Shown: positions 11,498 through 24,773 of the stretch, piece after piece | Layout: the number at the start of each line of letters is the position of its first letter | Numbering within the stretch: position 1 is the stretch's first letter | Assembly (NCBI GenBank): GCA_009103225.1 | Contig: RHPI01001507.1 | Coordinates: 135,647 to 199,646, forward strand | Origin: Chlorokybus atmophyticus | Taxonomy: Eukaryota > Plantae > Mesostigma and Chlorokybus algae | Length of the DNA stretch: 64,000 nt | Direction: 5' to 3' | Position numbers and translations under genes: made by a program | Notes under the pieces: generated by a model | The model's database searches: none | What the model saw: only the letters and a program-made list of their open reading frames with translations | Told to the model about the DNA's origin: nothing

Positions 11498-11811
11498 TGT
11501 TGGGATTGCACAGTAGCAACAATGCACACGCACTAGTGTGGCGCTGACAAGTAGAGCAAATGGATCTTATTGTATTGCACAATATACAATGTCTTACATA
11601 GTACAATGGTGAGTGCTAATCAACATCAGTCAACCCCAATCAAAGTCGAAGTCAACAACGGTCGAAGTCAAAGTCAATGGTCAAAGTCACAGGTTAAAGT
11701 TAATGTTGACCATAGTAAATTGTAACTGCAATTCCTGCAGTTGACCGTAGCTGTCAAGGTAAAGATGATCGTGGAAGTTTAACTAACGCGCCTAGCCAAG
11801 TACCTTTAACA
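11498..11811 (-). repeat. Copia 3' LTR (314 bp)
   Basis: TGTTGG...TTAACA, followed on the + strand by CTCCCACGC (PPT on -). Roughly 75-80% identical to the other LTR by eye. Confidence 0.85.
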
Positions 11812-11828
11812 CTCCCACGCGAGCATCT

Positions 11829-14800
11829 TTATCCTTTAACTCCAAGCTCCATGCAACATGTCTGGAAATTGGTGGGTGGTAGTGGCTTGGCCATGCAATT
11901 TGCGAGCATATTCTCCGTGCTGCAGTTCAACTTTTCCACGGCCCCTCGTGCAACTCTCTCTTGCACCAAGTGGTGCATGATGTCAATATGCTTCGACTTG
12001 GCGGGTGTGATGGGGTGCATGCTCAACTTTAGCGCTCCGTGGTTGTCGCATGTCAGTGATACAATATAGTGCATATCCAAGATCAGTGACCAACTTGCGA
12101 AGCCACAATGCTTCCTTTTTATTACAGATGAAGCCGCCATACGTACTTGGCCTATGTGGGAATGGAGCAACAGTTGAATGTAGTAGGTTGTTTCAGCTTA
12201 CGACGCCTCCCATCAAGGAAGCGTAACCTGTGGTAGACCGCCTTGTGTCGAGGTCTCCACCATAGTCTGCATCACAGTAGCCCTATAGTGTGATGTCCGT
12301 TTTCCTCCCAAGTGTAATACCCACGTTTTGTGTGCTTCCAAGGTAGCGAAGAACTCCTATCGCTGCCTTCCAATGCTCCATAGTGGGTGCTGACATATAT
12401 CTCACCAAGACTCCCGCAACTTGCGCGAGGTCGGGCTTCGTGGCAATGGACAAGTAAATGAGGCTCTCAACGAGCTCACCATAAGGTTGGATAGCTGTGT
12501 CAAGCACAGAGGTAGTGTCTCGTGCTTTGAGTAGCTGACTCTCACACTCAGTAGTGTAGCCTTGCCCTTTGCATCCTATACTTTGAACTTTTTAAGCAAG
12601 TTAAGTACCATCTGCTTCAGAGTGATTTTAATTGTCTTTGAATCCCTATCCTTGGTGATGACAATGCCGATGAACAAGTGCGCATCTCCACAATTGCGCA
12701 TCTCGAATGCAGACATCAATGTCACCTTGATTTGCTTTTATGCCGGAACACTTGCAGATGCCAAGACAATGTCATCCACATACACCAACAGCCAAACCTG
12801 TCCAACTTTGTTAATGAAGAGCCCCAGGCTTGAAGTAACTGCTGCACGCCCGTCTTCTTCAGCTTCTTCCCAAGCCGAATGTGACTCGCGACGCTTGCCG
12901 AAAGCATATATAAGCTTTGTGCAGCAAGCATGCCTTACCCGAGTCTCCCTCCTCGTATCCCCTTGAGGCTGCTGCACGAAGATCTGCTTGTCCAACTCTG
13001 TATAGAGAGAGGCAGTCTTCACGTCGAGGTGGTGCAGCTCCAAGTCCTCCACAGCAACCTTGGCGAGTAGTGCCCTGAAGGTTATGTGTTTGCTAGCAGG
13101 TGCAAATACCTCCTTGTAGTCAACTCCCTCCTGTTGCAGGAAGCCCTTTGCTACAAGTCGCATCTTGTAGCGCTCAATGTTGCCCTTGCCGTTACGCTTG
13201 ATCTTGTACACCCACTGAACAGATATGGGCTTGACGCCTTGTGAAACCTGCTTGAGTACCAAAGTCTTGTTGGCGTGTAGCAAAACAATCTCCTCATCCA
13301 TGGCCTTGCGCCACAACTCTGCATCTGGAGCTATGATGGCCTCATGATAGGTGGTCGGCTCTTTCTCTCTTCACTTGTTGCAGCACTCATAGATTGGAAC
13401 CTTTGTGTGAAGTGTCGTTGCGCCCTGTGTCTCACAGGGTAGCGCCTATCTGGCTGTCCCGTGGGTGCAGCTTCCTTTGCCTCAAGATGTGGCGCAATGC
13501 CAGGAACAACCTCTTCCAGAATGACCTCCTCATGCACAACCATGTGTATAAATGCAATGCTAACCTTAGGCTTTGCAATGTCATTCTCCACAGGTGTTGA
13601 AGGTGTTGTTAATCGCTATTGTCTTGTCGTCGAAGACGAAATCCCTTGGAACCACAATTCTGCCGCTGTTAAGCAAGATCTTATATGCCTTGGAGTTGGG
13701 CTCGTATCCAACAAAGACACCTGTCTCCCCCACATTCTTAAGCTTTCTCCTCAGGTGCTTAGGGATGTGTGGATACGCCTTGGCTTTAAACGCACGCATG
13801 TGCGTAACGTCAGGCTTCTCACCATGAAGCAACTCCGACGGGGTCTTGGCTTTGTTGCTTGTAGGTGACATGTTGTGAATGCAATTAGCCGTGACAAACG
13901 CCTCAGCCCACAAGGCTTTGTTAAGCTCTGCATGAATAAGCATGGTACGCACATGCTCCACAAGTGTGCGGTTGAGGCGCTCGGCAGCACCTTTTGCTCA
14001 GGTGTGTAAGGTGCCGTGGTCGCATGCTTGATGCCGTGCTCCTCCAAGTAGATCTCCAAGGTTTCGTATCAATACTCGGAACCCCTATCACTCCTCAATG
14101 CCAATACCTTTGTCTTTGCTTGTGTAGCGAAGCAGATGGTCTCTTCACAACAGCAGCAATGTCCGACTTGGCAGCAACTGGAGTGATGGCTGATAACTTG
14201 CTAAAGTCATCAAAGAAAGCGGCAACATACCAACTTCCTCCAATAGACGCAATTGGCATGCGACCGCACACGTCCATGTGCACAAGCTGCAAGGGTTTAA
14301 AGTGGTGCGGGTAGAGGTAGGAAAAGGTTGTCTACGCATCTTGCTTAACACGCACATCTCGCACAGATCATTCTTTGTTGCCTTGTTGTCCTCCTCCTTG
14401 ATGCCAACTCCTTCCATGTCCTCAGCAACCAGTCTTGCCAGGGTATCCCACCAAAGATGTCCTAGCCTTCGATGCCAAAGATGAGCTGTAGCCGATGCAG
14501 TAACTGTCGCAGACAATGCATGCTACCGATCCAGTGTGTTGCAATACATGCTCTCCCGCAATGTGCCTTCTGCAACAACAATGTTGTTCCCCTTGCCTTG
14601 ACCCCTCCACTCTTTGCAGTGAAGTCAACCTCGGCGCCTGCACACTTGTAGCTCATTGGACAATGAACAGGCTGGAGGCTAGTCCCGGCACATGGATTAC
14701 CTCCGTTAGGGCCACTTTACGTGTAGTACCCGCCACCACAGTGTATATAAATTGATGGTGCCTATTCTCACAGCTCGCAAGTGTAGCTTGTTGCCAAAGC

Positions 14801-15693
14801 TCACTTACACACCAGCAGCATTGCTCAAAGCATGATATTCCTGAAACTCGTGTTTGTGTGGGGTCATATGCTGTGTGCACGCAGAATTAATCAACCAAGC
14901 GCTTTTAATAGCAGTGGTGCTGGCAGCAACGAGTGCTACAGCCTGTCTATTGGAACCTTGTTTCTGTTGCTGATCGCGCTTCAACTTTTGCCAGTCCTTC
15001 TTCAGGTGTCCCTTTTTGTCGCAGTAGTGGCAAGCACGCGTCTCCTTTCTTCCCACCACCGTTGTTGTTGTTGGGGCGTGGGTTGGATTGTGCCGCGATT
15101 GCCACAGCTTCAGCCTTATTATGGCGTGCAGTGGATGCCCGTTGCTCAACTTGTATTAGGCATGGGGTGACCGCTTCAAGGGTGAGCTCCTTACTGGATG
15201 ACTCCATAATGGTGACGGTCATCTCGTACTCCTTGGGTAGGCCGGCGAGAATTGCCAAAACAACCTCCACCTCCTTCACTTCATGACCAATGGCGAGCAA
15301 GTCATGCAACAATTGTCTAGCTCACGAGGTGAACATGAGGACGGGTTCAGCGAATTCTTTTCTCAAAGCATTCAATTGCTTCCTCAACTGCAACTTCCTA
15401 GCTTTGTTCTTGGCCTTATACACATCTGCAAGCTTCTACCACAACTCTCTAGCAGTCTTGCAACGTGCAACAAGCGATGAGTAACGTTGTACAACATTCA
15501 ATCCTAGCAACGCAAGTGCCTGATTGGATATCTTATTAAAGTCCGTGTTCGCCATGTCGGGAGCGCTCTCCTCGGGATCCACCACCGACCATAGGTCTTT
15601 GTGCATAAGTAGCATCTGCATCCGGATGCTCCATGTCTTATAGTTGTCGAGGTTCAGTGGCTCGATGTTGACCTTGTTATAACTGGTCGCCAT
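11829..15693 (-). pseudogene. Copia gag-pol pseudogene
   Basis: Gag N-terminus (NYKTWSIRMQMLLMHKDLW), CHYCDKKGH knuckle, LWHRRLGH, integrase core, RT (YKMRLVAKGF, YVDD), RNase H (SKHIDIMHH), spread over several frames. Confidence 0.9.
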
Positions 15694-15770
15694 GATTCCC
15701 TTGCAAGTCCGCAATAAGGACGGCGCCTCCCCAAGCTAAACCAACTCGTGTATGCTATGCTAGCGCTAGT

Positions 15771-15784
15771 GTGGGCCCATACCC
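15771..15784 (-). promoter_or_regulatory. Copia PBS of internal (half-tRNA-iMet) type
   Basis: Minus strand GGGTATGGGCCCAC directly after the 5' LTR; resembles GGTTATGGGCCCAG of copia/Osser-type elements. Confidence 0.75.
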
Positions 15785-16087
15785 TGATGAGTTCGCACAA
15801 TAGCAACAATGCACACGCACTAGTGTGGTGCTGACAAGTAGAGCGCAGTGGATCTTACTGTATTGCACATATAGTGGCTTATATTATACACTAGTGAGTG
15901 CTAGTAAACACAAATCAACCCTAGTCAGAGTCTAAGTCAATGATCAACGTCCAAGTCAATGGTCAAAGTTAAAGGTCAAAATCAGCATACACTATAGTGG
16001 ACTATAACTGCCATGACGGCAGTTGATCGTAATTGTCAAGATGATCGTAGGAGTTTAGCTAAGGCGCCTAGCCGAGTACTTTTGGCA
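15785..16087 (-). repeat. Copia 5' LTR (303 bp)
   Basis: TGATGA...TTGGCA, homologous to 11498-11811. Confidence 0.85.
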
Positions 16088-16530
16088 CAACTTATACTTG
16101 ATAAACACACTGTTCAAGTATGAGGATGTACGCAGCATGTGAGCCTTGCTGCAGCCCAAAGATTGGTTGTTCTCTACGGACTTGAAGTCCGAATACCATG
16201 ATGTATACATATACTCTGCACTCTGGGGCTACTTTGGATTCTCATTCGCGGGCAAAGTGTACAATTTTTACCTGTTGCCATTGGGTTGAGCTCAACGTGC
16301 TTTGTGCTCACAAAAGTGATGAAGCAACTGGTGCATCGTTAGCGTGTACAAGGCATCCGCATACCGCCATACATTGACGACTTCCCGTTTGCTGCAAGCT
16401 TCAAGGCTGAGCATGCCTCTACCCTGGCCGTTATGAAAGCAGATGCAGCATGGTGCGGGTTGGTGATCAACAGTAAGGCACAAACCGTGCTTAGCAAAGT
16501 CATCATCTTCCTCGGCTTATAAAGGTTGAA
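16088..16530 (+). pseudogene. DIRS-like RT remnant, 3' part
   Basis: Removing the Copia restores the frame DTRCVN-LYLINTLFKYEDVRS. Then DLKSEYH, LPLG, YIDDF and GLVIN..FLG motifs with stops and frameshifts. Confidence 0.75.
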
Positions 16531-19500
16531 GTGGCCCATGCGGCGTGATGGGGCTGGCGCTGATGTGTTGCGTCTCTCAACTGTAAATAGGCTCCCCCTT
16601 CAGGCTAACTTCTTTAATGCAATAGGTCAGTCTCTTCCTCTTTCTGTGTGAGTTTGTATAGTTGGCTGATTGGGTGACTGAGTGTCCATGCGTGTGTTTG
16701 CATGTATGTATTGCTTGTTTGTATGCATGTACCTCTCTTTTTGATCTTTGTTGTGCGCATGCGCCTTTGTCAGTTGCAAAAAAACTTTGCCTTCGTGCAG
16801 CTATGTGACTGTGTAAGTAAGTTGCTGTTGTTGATGTTGCTGTTGTTGTTGTTAACTACTCTGTGCTATGATTAGGTTGGTTAAGGCAGCGTGGTGGGGC
16901 TGGGGGTGGTTTATAGCGTCGCTTCTTTGTGTGTACATTATTGTAGTAACCAGTTTTCATCTATTAAGGAGAGACCAGACTACATAATGCTAGTAGTGAC
17001 TTGCCTGGATTAGGTACTTTACCAACGCTGGTTTTATTAATGATATTTTATAAGATATCTTAATGTTGGACTAGCTAACTCTACTTGAGTAAAGTTAGCT
17101 AGTCTATAGGCAAGAATGGGCAGAGGGCTCTTTGCCTATTCTTACCTATGTAGACTCCGATTATTGCTGCTGTTATGTTCATTAGTGCACTTTAGCTTTT
17201 ACCTAGCGCCATACATATGGAACTGGAAAATACCGCAATGTTGAACCAGGTACACTTAGACTTTGCCTATTCTTGCATCTGTGCAGACTCTGGTTGCTGC
17301 TAGGTACTTTAGTGCACTCAGGCTTACCTAATGCCATAGCTAGTTTGCACCATAGGCTAGCTAGCGGGTAGGTACAAACTAGGGTCAACCCTAGATTAAC
17401 AACCGGGTATACCTAGTCTTTATAGATAGGTAACACCTAGACTTCTGTGTTCATACCCTAGTGTACTATAGCTAACCAGACTCTAGTTAACTAAGGACTA
17501 GGTTATAGTCTAGTGTAGTGCAATGAGGACATTGACAATCGAAGTGCGGGGGAATGTAATGGGAGCAATAGATATAGGGGTATAATTGCTATCAAATTCA
17601 CACATGTTGTATGAATGAGTACATCTCAATACTTATTCCTACCTCTTTTCTACGGTTTCTTGCTTTTAAGAAAGTATTCTACTATAGCATGGGTACGTTT
17701 CAATGGGTGTAGCACCGCCTATTGAAGCCAGTTCAACGTCGCATTATATATGTAAATATCGAATTGGATACCTCGCTGCTGGGTACTTTATCATTGAGTA
17801 TCATATTGATATATACTTTAGCTCTGATTGGCTCGTGTTGAATCTTTAATGGCAACTTAATGTAAAAGGGTTGATGCATGATTGCGAGTTTAATGTCGGG
17901 ACGCATCCATATAATTAACTTTTATTAGAAAAAGAGGCCTGCTCAACGGATGAGACTTAATTAATTCTCTGCTAAATGCAGCATCATGCTGTCAGCGGTT
18001 GGTTGACAGGCTTATTGACGGTGTGGGTGTTGGGGTAGAGGAGTGAATGGATATTGGCGTCATTGCCGACGTGCTGTTACATGGCGTCCCTCTCTTTCTT
18101 ATGATCTTTTGGCTAGAATGGTCAGGTGCGCCCAACTGTTTTGCAAAACGGCATAATGTTGCTCCTCCTGCATAAAGCATGCACACGTGAGGAAGGCACA
18201 CCCGTTGTTGGGCACATACTTACACACGCACATAGCAAAAAGTAAGTGTCCGATTTGTCATAGCACTGAGTATGTGTGCGCACAAACACTCGATTGGCTG
18301 CCTTTGCATCAAAGGTCGACGCAGCTGCAACAATTCGTTATCTGCTTACATATTCATTAAGTCACCAAACTTCGGTAGACGCCCATTGCTTACTTGTGGG
18401 ACTTGTTATGTCAACTGATCAATCAATCAATCACTTTTCAAGGCAACTAACGTCCATGCACGCTTTTTGCCTGCATGTATGCACACCATATTTTGCTGCA
18501 TGTGCACATATGTGCATGCACGCAAGTTTATGCTAATGGTGCACACACATGTACATGTGCAAAGTCTAAACATGCGCACATATGCACAATCAGACTCTAT
18601 CACTAAGCACACATATGCACGCAAGCCCTACCTGTGCACGCACATGCACACAATCATATGGTAACTGTGTATACAGTGAGGCTCACGCCACGATTGTGCA
18701 TACTCATGCGCGCAACTTGATGCTGATTGAGCACACATACAAGTATAAGACTGCGCATGCGTATGCATGCAAGCTTGTGCTAAGTGTGCACACACATGCA
18801 TGTTGGGGGCCTGGGCTAGCACATGGTTGGTGGGGTCCGTTAATAACTAGCCTCTGGGGTTGTGCAAGTGCGTTTGCTGCTATGCTCTGCTACTCCCATT
18901 GCAGTCACTTAGCTAGCTAAGCTAGTCTAGGCCCCCTGCCCCTGGTGATGTGGGCTAATGTATTTTGTGATTGAGGGCGTATGCTTGTGTGCGTGGGTTG
19001 ATTGCTAGCTGCATTGCACACTACTTGTGACTAGTGGTGTGTGTTTATGCCCTTGTGTGCATAGGTTGTTGGCTAGCATTGCACTGCACTGCACACTACC
19101 ACTACTTGCTACCTGGCCCGTCATAGCTTCAGATTTATGCATGCATTCACATGCTGACTGTGCACACATATGTACACATTGCTATGTTATGTTTGCGCAC
19201 TTGTACACACATTATCGTAATATCTGTGCACGTATCTGCACGCGTGCACACACGCATCCCTGCTTATGCAAGTATGGTCGTTTTGTTGTCGAAAGGGGTA
19301 CTTGGCGCGCCTGGCCCGAGTGCAGGGCAATGCATGCAGAGTCTGACAGCTGGGGCTCTTAAGCTAATATAGGCTCAATTGGCATGGCGCCGGAAGAGGC
19401 AGAGCGTTCTTCAAATCAAAGTGTGCGGGTGCTAAGATATGCGTCCGGATTTTAATGAGACCATTCGGTACATAAACTTTAAGCACACACACACACACGC

Positions 19501-20747
19501 GTACGCAATGATGAATCGTGCCTGTCTTGTATACCTATAACAGTGGCTCGTAAGAGCGAACACTGGCCGTGGCTGTAGAGCTCTACCCATTTAAGCAGCG
19601 ATACAGTAATACCCTAAGATGATGGGTAAATGACCGCGCAATATTGTGAAGAATACGCAAATAAGTGTAGATTTAATACGACTATTATACTTATGCAGAG
19701 CTGTAAGGTTGACATATGTAAAGCGGGTGTTGATACACTAATACATATCAGATGTACATTTGGTTTCTTACTTAGCAAGCTATGCACTTGCATATATTGA
19801 ACGTTGTACATGAAAAAATGAAGATATTATTCACAATGTCGTGGCCCATACAATTCAATGTTTAGCAATTGAAAATATACCATAACCATCGTATCAATTA
19901 CCGATTTTGCGTGAGCAAGCGGCAGCATCTGTATGGCTGATGTGCTCACTAGCAAAGTGTTGGTTGCCAACTGAGCACTACATGCATGCAACAGACGTGC
20001 CAATTTGGTACTAATTTCGGTTGGATATAAAGGATTAACGTAACAATAGTAATGCTGGTCAATCAACACTTTCATGCCCCCCGGGTTACATGATTGATTA
20101 ACATGGCTGCGCATTGCATGCACGAGCTCACGGAAGCAAGCTGCCAATTTCGCATTATGCAGAGCTACGGACGGCCAGCTGTCACCCCCGCCGCACCGCA
20201 GCCAATAGCAAGCCAAGATTCAGGCCACAGCCAGCCGGTCTTATCACGTCTCGTCACGTCACAGCAACCAACACGCCCACCCGACACAGCAAGATTCTGC
20301 CCCGTGCCAGCGCAGCGGCTGCAATGCAACCCATGTCGCTGCGATCCATTGACGCGTGGGGTGCGGAGGGAAAAAAGGGAGACGCGGAAAAAGACAAACG
20401 GGCATGGGGTACGGCATTGTGTCCGTGTGGCCATCCTCTGCGGTAAGGGCGGCGGCGGCGGCGGGGGAGGGGCCCGTGGCGGGGGCGGCGCTGCGGTTGT
20501 CCGGGTCGAGGATCAAGGGCGGGGGGTTGCCTTCCGCGGTGGCGGCGGTGCTTGCGAAGAGGATCTAGCCTCTTGTCTGGGGGCCTGGGTCAACGGGCTC
20601 AGTGCAAGGCATACGGCGACAGCTAGGGTTTAGGGCAACGCTGAGCAAGCAGGCAGCGAGGAGCTGTTTTGCTTGTGTAGCTTCAGCTGGAGAGAGTAAC
20701 CTCCCTAGCCTCAGTGTCAGTGCAGCTCCCCTTTCTGCCGATCAGCC

Positions 20748-23457
20748 ATGGCAGCTGACGATCCCGCCTCCACCGCCATCGCCGCCGCTTCTTCCGACGC
20801 CATGCCTGCACCTCCTGCCGCCGCCCCGCCTGTTAGAAAAGCCATGGGCAGGGCTAAGATTGAGATACGGCGCATTGAGCATGCCACTTCACGCCAGGTG
20901 CGTTCAAGCTGAAGCAATGCATGAGCACGAGGCTAAGACCAGCCATGCACAAATGCTTGCTCATCAGCGTGGCCAGTGGCCGTCATGACCATGGTGATCA
21001 CGCTAATCAGCATGCGTGCTGCTCAGCAAGGCGTGGTACGGCTGAATTGGTTGAGTTGTTACTGCTGTTGATGCTTATCCGAAGGGAATGCCACTGACTG
21101 AAGCACGAGCAATCATTGCACGCTTGTAACTGGGTTGACTTTACAAGCAGCTCATACTAGTCCGTCACCAGTGCAGACTCAGCACTCGGAGCATGCTGCT
21201 GCTTTGTATGCAATGAAACACATTGGCACTGTTCAGCACGCCTGCGGCCAATTGTTGACCAGATGTGTGAATTGCTTGTGACAGAAACGTTTGCATTGCA
21301 ACGTTGCATGCAGGTTGGTATCGTTGTGTCATGTAGCGGTCTCATTCACAGGTGACTTTCTCCAAGCGACGATCGGGCCTGTTGAAAAAAGCTTACGAGT
21401 TGTCTGTTCTTTGCGATGCGGACATCGCCGTCATCATGTTCTCGCCCACTGGCAAACTCTTTGAATACGCCAACTCGAGGTCAGTTGCATGCTTGTACAT
21501 TGAGCATGTGATTGATTGCAAGCGCAGTCTGTTGACGATGTTGCGCACCTGCAGCATTGAAGATATTCTCGAGCGGTACCGCAACACGCCAAAGGAATAT
21601 CGAGACAAGCGGAAGTTTGACAACACCGACGTAAGTGTTACTGCTTGTGGCTTGTGTGCACACTCTGATTGTGAGTGAGGGCATGCATACGTGCGTGCGC
21701 GTGCACGCGTGTGGGCGCGCTTGTGTTGATCTGTGTCATGTCTGGCAGTATCTTGCCAAGGAGTCCAAGAAGCTGCGGCACGATCTTGAGCAGGCCAAGC
21801 GAGAGCTGAAGTGAGTGCCCTATTGCAATGTGGCAACTGCCATGCACATTGGCATCAGTCTGATTGAACTATGCCATGATCAGGTACATGCATGGCGAGG
21901 GGCTGGACGGTCTCAGCATGCAAGAGCTTGAGAAGGTGGAGAGCAAACTCGAGGAGGGCCTGCGGAAGCTTCGTACCTGCAAGGTGAGGCTCAAGCCGCT
22001 TGCATCATGATACACACTTGCCCAGCATTCAATGCACTGCTGATGGTTTGGGTGTGCCTCGCGTGTTGTGCAGAGCAATCTTATGCAGCAAGAGATTGAC
22101 CGATTGAGAAGACAGGTATATGCAATAGTCACGCAGTTTAGCTCACTATTCTGTGCAGCAAATATATGTCATCAACTGTTGTTGACGCTGTTGTTTGCGC
22201 GTGCGCCAGCTTTATGATGCAGAGGGCGGCGGACAAGCCTTTGCAAACATGCCCAACGCAAATGAGGTGTTATGCGCGGGGCCCAACATGCTTGGCCGCA
22301 TGACTCTCAACGACCACTGGTAGGGTTTGGATTCTGCGCGCAATGCCATGTCACTGTTGTATACGCAAGTTGTTGGTCAATTTGTTGATGGATGTGATGT
22401 GTCCGTCCTGGCAGCCTGGTTCCCAAACACAACAAGTCCACGGCTGGTGCATCCGCAGCAGCAACGGATGGCCCGGCCATGCCAACATCAGGTGTGAATG
22501 GTATCAACAGCCATTGCACATTTCCCAAGCACACAGGCTCTGTACCAACTTGTTAACATCTACTTGTGCGGAACAGCCGGTGGCGGTGCATCTCGTGCAG
22601 GCACCAGCAGGTGGCCTGTTGCAGCTCAAAGGGCTTCCATGAGGGAGAATGGTAGCACGCCCGCTGCCCGTGTGACCGACCTGCAGTTCGCCTTTGAGCA
22701 GCCGCACAACAACAACCACAACAACAGCCATAACCACAATGTACATACTGGCAACCTCAGCGCAGCCATGCACCAACTTGCACAACAGCAGCAGCAGCAG
22801 CAGCAGCAGCATCAACAGCGGCAACAGCAACTGCGGCAACAACAACAACAACAGTTCATGCACAAGGTAGGGTTGCGCTTGCCTTGGATATGTCCTTTTT
22901 TGTCAATGGTGTTGATGTCCATGTATTGTGTGCTCATGGATCATTTCTCCTGCTGGCTGCACACATTGTCGCTCAAGGTCATACCTGCGCAGGACCTCCA
23001 GTTTGCATTTTTGCCCGGGTTTGATGCTTTACCCCATGACACACACACGGCAGCCATCAATCACAATGGTAGCGAAGACCCCGTGGCCAATATCTCAGAC
23101 CACTTGCGCGCGGAGGACCTCTCACCCAATCACGCGGACACCCATGCCCACGCGCACAATGAGGATAACATTCTTGACCTCGATATCGGCACCCCGCTCG
23201 GGGCCGCCTCAGCCACATCCATGATGATGCAGCTGTTTGGGTCTCCTTCAGCCCACAGCCATCACAACTCATTGTCAGTCCCGCACATGTTGGATTCCAC
23301 CAACGGACTCCTCTCGTCATCATTTGAGGAGAAATACCTCACTCCCGCAGCCAATTTCGCCTCGACATCTTCGCTAAACTTCTCCGATAGCGTCGGCATC
23401 GCACAACAACATTATGAGGCCTTGACACACGCCTCGGGGAGTGCCGGCAACAGATGA
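20748..23457 (+). CDS. MIKC-type (Type II) MADS-box transcription factor, 10 exons, about 491 aa
   Basis: Exons 20748-20897, 21352-21479, 21555-21630, 21749-21810, 21884-21983, 22074-22115, 22210-22319, 22415-22491, 22601-22866, 22993-23457 (sum 1476, phases consistent). [18 protein letters not shown]|[23 protein letters not shown]-box exons of 62, 100 and 42 bp. C-terminal exons and the choice of ATG (20748 vs 20844) are less certain. Confidence 0.92.
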
Positions 23458-24540
23458 GTGTGGGTTGATATTGCTGCGGTTGGTTTGTACAGGCGCTCTC
23501 ATGATTGATAGCGGTTTCATGGCTTTGAAGCTGTGGTGAGTGGTATGGATGTTGCGCGCTTGTTGAGATTATATAGGACATATTAAACATGTACAGGCAG
23601 TATTGTTTTTTGTATGTGTGTCGTGTTGTACAGGCCAAGAGCGAGAATAGAGAGAAGGAACTTTGCGGCCACGCGCTAGTGATGTGGCCGTTAGTTTTAG
23701 CTTCTAGCCTGTTGTTATGTGGTAGGGAGTGTGTAGTGCGAGGCAGGGCTGATTATTTTCTGTTTGAATGGCTCTTTTGCGTTTGCTTCTGACCTTGCAC
23801 TTAAAGATGCAGATGGCTCTTTTTGCAGCCCATATGATGCGTTCCCCATTTCAGTACTCAATCTGTAGCCCAGCATGCTGGTGCGTGCCACCGGCACAGT
23901 GCGACTGGTGCAAGCGATTGGGTTCCGACAGCAATTACGGAGTCGAGAGCACATCTACTCGAACAAATGTTATGATGATGGCAGTGACTGATCGTAGTGC
24001 GCATGTGGTGCGCAGTGGGTACAAAAGATGTAAGGCGGGTCTTGTGCAAGTCACACCGCATTCAGTGCATACATGCAGTCAGCACACCATTGCCACCATT
24101 CCCTCACAGACACCACCACCGCGCTACATGCTAACCTACGGTAGTCACTATGTACGACACAATTCACCTACCCCGTCAAAAATGCATGCATGGCAGTCCA
24201 AACGAGTTGTTACTAGTCAACCTGCTCCCCGTGCAGTTGTCGCGGCTGTGCTGCATAGGCTGTACATTGTTGTCGCAATGCCACGAAGACCAGCTTGTAC
24301 AACAGCGGCGCAGGAGTGCAACAGATGTACTTGTTGTCAGGTAGTTGTTGGTTGGCATGAAAGTCCAATACCAATCGCGCTTGTGTTACACGTTACATGC
24401 ATCAAGCGACCGGTGTAGCGTTTAGGTAGTGTCATGTAGGGTTTGTAGTGGCGGCAGCGGTGATGCGTGGAGTTGTGTATGCATGGATGTCAGAGCTCAC
24501 TCTTTGCCGTCGTATTTGCTAGGTTATGCGTTATGTAGGA

Positions 24541-24773
<233 letters not shown>

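Larger units (their letters stand above)
11498..16087 (-). mobile_element. Degenerate full-length Ty1/Copia element
   Basis: Two diverged LTRs, TSD CAACT (11493-11497, 16088-16092), domain order gag-PR-IN-RT-RH, many frameshifts and stops. Confidence 0.92.

Noticed and set aside
19364-19373. CArG-like CTAATATAGG upstream of the MADS gene (autoregulation)
   Set aside because: One mismatch to CC(A/T)6GG; expected by chance.
19827-20633. GC-rich ORFs upstream of the MADS gene
   Set aside because: Low complexity with overlapping open frames on both strands; consistent with a promoter or UTR.
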